A stretch of 64,000 bases of DNA from Gemmatimonas sp. GTDB lineage: Bacteria; Gemmatimonadota; Gemmatimonadetes; Gemmatimonadales; Gemmatimonadaceae. This document shows positions 59,942-64,000 of the stretch, one piece after another. The first letter of the stretch is position 1. The number at the start of each line of letters is the position of its first letter. Where the stretch lies: contig OZ257156.1 of NCBI GenBank assembly GCA_965279375.1, positions 4,224,001 to 4,288,000 of the forward strand, written 5' to 3'. A program made the position numbers and the translations under genes. A model generated the notes under the pieces. That model saw only the letters and a list, made by a program, of their open reading frames with translations, had not been told where the DNA came from and did no database searches.

Positions 59942-60489
59942 GCGTGATCGTTCCGCCGGCACCCGATGTGACGTTTCATCCGCGCGCGGGTGCTGCGCCT
60001 CCGTATCGCCCTGCCGGCCCAAATGGTGAACGCTACTGCCGCTGGTGCGCCCAGCAGATCACAGCCAAGCGGCGGACGCTGTGGTGCAGCGAGGCCTGCG
60101 TGCAGAGCTATGCGGCGCACACCCCGAACGGCGTGCGCGCGGCCGTCTTTCGTCGAGACGGCGGTGTCTGCTGCTGGTGCGGACTCGACACCGTCGCCGC
60201 CCGACAGATGCTGCCGCTCCGGGAGGAACATGCAGAACGTCCGCTGTGGTACTCGCTGCGGCGCGTGGCGTGTCGGCGCTATCTCGCCGTGATCGGGATT
60301 CCAGTCTCTCGGATAGACGCCGACTGGTGGGATGCGGACCACATCGTGCCGGCCCGCCTTGGCGGCCTGTTGGTGCTTGAGAATCTTCGGACGCTCTGCG
60401 TGCGCTGCCACGCCAGACGCAGCGCGGCGGACCGGCGCCGACCCGTTGTCGAAACACAGCCTTGCGTTTTTGGCACGACTTACGCATAA
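59938..60489 (+). CDS. HNH endonuclease
   Basis: CRWC..WCSEAC, VFRRDGGVCCWCG, WDADHIVP..GG..ENLRTLCVRCH. Confidence 0.88.
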   Translation: MSVIVPPAPDVTFHPRAGAAPPYRPAGPNGERYCRWCAQQITAKRRTLWCSEACVQSYAAHTPNGVRAAVFRRDGGVCCWCGLDTVAARQMLPLREEHAERPLWYSLRRVACRRYLAVIGIPVSRIDADWWDADHIVPARLGGLLVLENLRTLCVRCHARRSAADRRRPVVETQPCVFGTTYA

Positions 60490-60564
60490 TCGACGCACGC
60501 ACTTCGGCGCCGTGCTCGTCACCACCGGACCCGGTTGCCCTGTCTCCCTGACCCCGAGGCTCCC

Positions 60565-61011
60565 ATGACCCCACCGAACGCCGCTGTGATCGCGGTCCGT
60601 GCCATCCGCGCAAGGCAAACCTCTGCCACGCCGACGATCGGCCAGCCCCCCCTGCGGGAAGGCGACGCCCACACGGATCCCCGTACGCTCGCCGAGGCAC
60701 TCGCCTACTTGGCGACGATGCGCCAGGCCGTCACGCACGGGACGCACGTCCAGATGCCGCGCGATCTCGCACTGGCGCTGCTGCACGTTGCCCATGCCGA
60801 GGTCGCGTCGCGCGCCGCCACAGTCGCGCTGCTGACCGCCACGCCGAAGCAGAAAGCCTCCGCCTTGGCGCGCGTCGGCGATGCCGTCACGATCGGCACC
60901 CGTGCGGTCGATGATCTGATCGATCTCCATGTGCGCTCGCGCGAGACCGGGGCGGCCAAGACGGCCGCGCAGCTCTTCGGCAGCCGTGCGCTGGCGGTGC
61001 CCCATGCGTGA
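60565..61011 (+). CDS. Phage hypothetical protein
   Basis: GAGG RBS; 148-aa helical ORF. Confidence 0.6.
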   Translation: MTPPNAAVIAVRAIRARQTSATPTIGQPPLREGDAHTDPRTLAEALAYLATMRQAVTHGTHVQMPRDLALALLHVAHAEVASRAATVALLTATPKQKASALARVGDAVTIGTRAVDDLIDLHVRSRETGAAKTAAQLFGSRALAVPHA

Positions 61012-61162
61012 GGCCACCAGCGTCTCGCTCGCGCCGTGGTTCTGGTACGCGGTCGGCGTTGCGATTGTGATCGCCGCGGTGGTCCGGACGATCCAGCACA
61101 TGCGCGGCCGTCGACAGGAGTTGCTCCGCCGGCAGCACGCGTCGCGAGGCCTTCGTTCGTGA
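61004..61162 (+). CDS. Small phage membrane protein
   Basis: PWFWYAVGVAIVIAAVV followed by a basic tail. Confidence 0.6.
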   Translation: MREATSVSLAPWFWYAVGVAIVIAAVVRTIQHMRGRRQELLRRQHASRGLRS

Positions 61163-61332
61163 CGCGCGATGATGAGGAGCAGATCGCCCAGTGGGCACGT
61201 GAGAGCGCGCCGGCGAATCCGGAGTTCGCCTGCAGCTCCCTCGTCTTCATCGTCGGTACCGCCGCGCTCGTGCTCCTGCTCGTCGTGGCCGTGATCGCCA
61301 ACGTCATCGCGGTGGTGCGCTATGTGGGCTGA
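61159..61332 (+). CDS. Small phage membrane protein
   Basis: LVFIVGTAALVLLLVVAVIANVIAVV; GTGA overlap. Confidence 0.6.
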   Translation: MTRDDEEQIAQWARESAPANPEFACSSLVFIVGTAALVLLLVVAVIANVIAVVRYVG

Positions 61333-61471
61333 CCTGCAGCAACGCGTCGCGGCCTCCCTGCACCACACCGTACGGGGCTTCACCTGGCCGACACTGGTGC
61401 TGACGTTCGCGTTGCTCTGTGTAGTCTGCGCGGCGTTCTGCCCGGGACGCACCGAGGGAGACGCCGTATGA
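61322..61471 (+). CDS. Small phage membrane protein (49 aa)
   Basis: MWADLQQR...FTWPTLVLTFALLCVVCAAFCPG; ATGA overlap with next gene. Confidence 0.55.
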   Translation: MWADLQQRVAASLHHTVRGFTWPTLVLTFALLCVVCAAFCPGRTEGDAV

Positions 61472-62100
61472 CGAGCCTCGCGATTCCACCGCGCCTCGCC
61501 GCACAGGTCCGTGTGCTGCAGTCGCCGGCACGTAATGTCGGGCCGCTGATCGCGCGCGCCCTGGCGTTCGCGGACCAGATCGGCATTCGCTGCACCCCCG
61601 CCCTCGATCCCGTCGATGAGGCAACGCGGCGCACCGCGCTCGCGGAGATCATTGAGACGCTCGACACCGACGATCTCACGGTACTGGCCTTCTGGGTCGC
61701 GGTATGGTGGGCGCCGCTGTCGGTCTCGACCGTCACGAAGTTCGCTGCGCATCTCGGCATCGATGCGAAGCGGTTGCTGCAGCGCGCCACGCGGGTGGAC
61801 GTGCCCAAGCTGCAGGCCGTGTTGCGGCACGCGAAGCTCACGCGCATCCGAGCACTCGCGCGCGCCGGATGGTCGCTCGAGGCGATCGCGCACGCCGCTG
61901 GATTCCGTCGCAGCAGCACGCTCGGCACGTGGGCGCGCGAGCACGATGTGGATCTCGCGCCGGATTCCGTGCCGGGGCCGATGGGCCTCGCGCTGCTCTA
62001 TGTCCGGGCGTACGTGCGGCCGCACGCCGCACGCTGGCGTCGCTTTGCGCCGTTCGTGCAGGAGCCGACCCTGCCGCGCGCCATGGCGAGGTTCGGATGA
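61468..62100 (+). CDS. AraC-like helix-turn-helix regulator
   Basis: SVSTVTKFAAHLGIDAKRLL and WSLEAIAHAAGFRRSSTL resemble the two AraC HTH motifs. Confidence 0.6.
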   Translation: MTSLAIPPRLAAQVRVLQSPARNVGPLIARALAFADQIGIRCTPALDPVDEATRRTALAEIIETLDTDDLTVLAFWVAVWWAPLSVSTVTKFAAHLGIDAKRLLQRATRVDVPKLQAVLRHAKLTRIRALARAGWSLEAIAHAAGFRRSSTLGTWAREHDVDLAPDSVPGPMGLALLYVRAYVRPHAARWRRFAPFVQEPTLPRAMARFG

Positions 62101-62246
62101 CGCCGACCTCCCCGCCGTCTCGCGTGAGCCTGCGTGGACAGCATCGCCTCTACAACGCGGGATGTGCGTTGGCGTTCATCGCGCTCCTGCTGTTCTGGGG
62201 TGTCATCGTGATCAGCGCGTACGCGCTGTTGCGAGGGATGCGCTGA
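62097..62246 (+). CDS. Small phage membrane protein (49 aa)
   Basis: AGCALAFIALLLFWGVIVISAYALL; GAGG RBS; overlaps on both sides. Confidence 0.6.
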   Translation: MTPTSPPSRVSLRGQHRLYNAGCALAFIALLLFWGVIVISAYALLRGMR

Positions 62247-62524
62247 TGAGGAATCGCGAAGCCTTCGATCCGGCCGTCATCGCGCGCCGTGGCATCAAGC
62301 GCTACAGCGAGGCGGCGAACGCCGCAGATCTCACGCGGTGTGCCACGATGCTTAACGCGCGGCTGCATCGATCGCTGGGCGAGATGAACGAGATGCGGGC
62401 GTGCATTGCCGAAGCGCGTCGGCATCACCGCCGCGCGCAGGGATTTCGCGCGATCGCGCGGCTCTCACAGCACACGCTCGATGTGTCGAACGGCCTTGTG
62501 CCCTACGTGTCGAGGATGGGATGA
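62246..62524 (+). CDS. Phage hypothetical protein
   Basis: TGATG coupling; MRNREAFDPAV... Confidence 0.55.
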   Translation: MRNREAFDPAVIARRGIKRYSEAANAADLTRCATMLNARLHRSLGEMNEMRACIAEARRHHRRAQGFRAIARLSQHTLDVSNGLVPYVSRMG

Positions 62525-62859
62525 GCGCGCCACTCCTCCTCGTGCCACGTCGCACGTACCGTATCCTCACGGCCGACAACCGCGTGATCGATCGCGCCGT
62601 CTGGACCGGCACGGTGTTCCGCAAGCCGACGCGCACCGGTGGCGAGGTATTCACACGCGCCGAGGTCGAACGTGTGGCGGATCTCCCGTCGCGTTTCCGA
62701 GGCTCGTACTGGTGCGGTCGCTTGAAGTCGCGTCCGCATGTCTTTGTCCCGATCGCCGCGTGCGTCGACGCCCCCGCGCCGCGGGAGCAGCTGCGCGCGC
62801 TGCCCGATGTGCCTTGGGTGCACCCGATTCGCGCCCGTGCGCTCACGGGAGGGCGGTAG
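62521..62859 (+). CDS. Phage hypothetical protein
   Basis: GAGGA RBS, ATGA overlap; MSAPLLLVPRRTYRIL... Confidence 0.55.
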   Translation: MSAPLLLVPRRTYRILTADNRVIDRAVWTGTVFRKPTRTGGEVFTRAEVERVADLPSRFRGSYWCGRLKSRPHVFVPIAACVDAPAPREQLRALPDVPWVHPIRARALTGGR

Positions 62860-62860
62860 G

Positions 62861-63253
62861 ATGGGCCGCCCGCGAAGCGATCTGCGGACGCGTGGTCCGC
62901 GCGACACGCGCCCGCTGCGTCCGCACGTGCGTGATCGGATGCTGTGGTTTCTGCACGCCTCTCCCGAGGGCGTGACGATCGCGGAAGTCCTCGGCTTCCT
63001 GCTGACGCGTCGCCCGGCCTCGCGCGACACGATCGCGCGCGTGCTCGCGGAGCTCGAGCGCGATGGCTTGGTCGAGACCGAGGCCGAGCCGGCGTGGCGT
63101 CGTCGCGCGCGTTCGCTACTCGCGAGTCCGGTCCGGCGATCGCTGCGTGGCCGTCCGCATGTGCTGTTCCGTCCAACCCGCGCGCTGCATGTGCTCGTGC
63201 GGGATCTCCCGGTGTTGGGCACGACGCCCACGCCCGCGCTCCCTCTGACCTGA
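62861..63253 (+). CDS. Putative winged-helix DNA-binding protein
   Basis: GGGAGG RBS; LWFLHASPEGVTIAEV..SRDTIARVLAELERDGLV. Confidence 0.65.
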   Translation: MGRPRSDLRTRGPRDTRPLRPHVRDRMLWFLHASPEGVTIAEVLGFLLTRRPASRDTIARVLAELERDGLVETEAEPAWRRRARSLLASPVRRSLRGRPHVLFRPTRALHVLVRDLPVLGTTPTPALPLT

Positions 63254-63261
63254 CGAGACCG

Positions 63262-64000
63262 ATGGCCCCCCCGATCAAGCTCAAGCCGTTCGACCGTTCG
63301 CTGCTCAAGATTGCCGCGAAGAGCGCCGTGAAGGCGGCGAAGAAGTGCAAGTCCGCCGCGGTGGCGGCACTCCTGACAGAAGCCGAGTCCGAGGCCCATG
63401 CCATGGAGGGTTATGCCGACGAAGCCGTGCACTTCCTCGACGCGCCCGATGGGCCCGACAAGGATGAAGTGCAGCTCGTGCACGGCCATCGTGCGGCGTT
63501 GCGCACGGGCTGTCTGATCCTGATCGGCGAGCTCGAAGACATGGAAGAGGATCAGACGACGGTGCTGATCGATGCCGACGGCATCACCAGCACCAAGCGC
63601 CGCGCGGACGACTTCCGTCGCCTCGAGTCGATGCTGCGCGGCATTGAGGACCCGCAGGCCGGGCTCGCGATGGAGCCCACGACGCCGAACGCGCCGTCAC
63701 CGACGGACGCCCCCGAGGCGCCCACGGAGCCGACGTCGGACGAGGCGCAGGGCCCGTTCGATGCGCCAGCGGTGCCGTCCCCGTTGGCCCTGATGTCGGG
63801 CGAGCCGGTCGAGCTGGTCGTGCCGAGCGAGCACGAGATCGCCGACGCGGAATTCGAAGTGCTGGACGACGACGCGCCGCCGACGCCCGCCGCTGCGGCG
63901 CTTGCGCTCGAGACCGAGACCGATCTCTCGGATAACGACCTGTCGGACGAGACGCTCGACGCGATCATCGACGACGATACGCCGATCGGGAGCCGCGCAT
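63262..64000 (+). CDS. Phage hypothetical protein with basic N-terminus and very acidic C-terminal half (stop not in window)
   Basis: Own translation MAPPIKLKPFDRSLLKIAAKSAVKAAKK...EFEVLDDD...ETETDLSDNDLSDETLDAIIDDDTPIGSRA; open to the window end. Confidence 0.75.
   Translation, partial: MAPPIKLKPFDRSLLKIAAKSAVKAAKKCKSAAVAALLTEAESEAHAMEGYADEAVHFLDAPDGPDKDEVQLVHGHRAALRTGCLILIGELEDMEEDQTTVLIDADGITSTKRRADDFRRLESMLRGIEDPQAGLAMEPTTPNAPSPTDAPEAPTEPTSDEAQGPFDAPAVPSPLALMSGEPVELVVPSEHEIADAEFEVLDDDAPPTPAAAALALETETDLSDNDLSDETLDAIIDDDTPIGSRA

Larger units (their letters stand above)
50287..64000 (+). mobile_element. Prophage-like integrated element (replication/early region), continues past right edge
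   Basis: Starts at a tRNA-derived att fragment; about 22 co-oriented, mostly overlapping (ATGA/GTGA/TGATG) ORFs incl. helicase, initiator with iterons, two DNA methyltransferases, HNH and HTH proteins; no integrase or virion genes within the window. Confidence 0.85.

Noticed and set aside
59869..62025. 718-aa minus-strand ORF in the prophage
   Set aside because: Arg/Ala-rich antisense shadow; the + strand carries a chain of coupled genes with RBSs and recognisable motifs
50495..64000. Stop-codon reassignment (TAG) in the prophage
   Set aside because: Genes read through intact with the standard code, and TAG appears to end the ORFs at 54717 and 62859 normally

Overview
A GC-rich bacterial chromosome segment. 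Gene content (a BlaI/M56 pair, secreted M14 and S9 peptidases with Gly-rich inserts, DUF4159, DUF2911) suggests a Gemmatimonadota-like host; this is inference, not a search result. Bases 1-50,250 are mostly housekeeping and accessory genes: an RND pump fragment, PPK2, a CDF transporter, OmpA, LpxL/MtgA, BlaI-M56, a P450 and the ilvD-ilvB-ilvN-ilvC-leuA-leuC-leuD-leuB cluster. That cluster contains a 43-aa Leu/Ile/Val leader peptide and multi-segment attenuator missing from the ORF track. Also present are a cold-shock gene with a structured leader, a second operon (SDR, beta-hydroxyacid dehydrogenase, IlvD paralog, ornithine-cyclodeaminase-like), tRNA-Pro(GGG), tRNA-Gly(CCC), and an isolated DUF4255 plus contractile tail-sheath pair. 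A displaced tRNA 3' fragment at about 50,287-50,321 (probably tRNA-Thr) marks the att boundary of a prophage-like element that runs off the right edge. The element encodes a DnaB-like helicase, a replication initiator with six palindromic iterons and an AT-rich tract inside its gene, a C5 methyltransferase, an SNF2-helicase/amino-methyltransferase fusion, an HNH nuclease, several HTH proteins, six tiny membrane proteins and a very acidic protein. All product calls come from motif recognition by eye; no database searches were run, and many start codons are best estimates.
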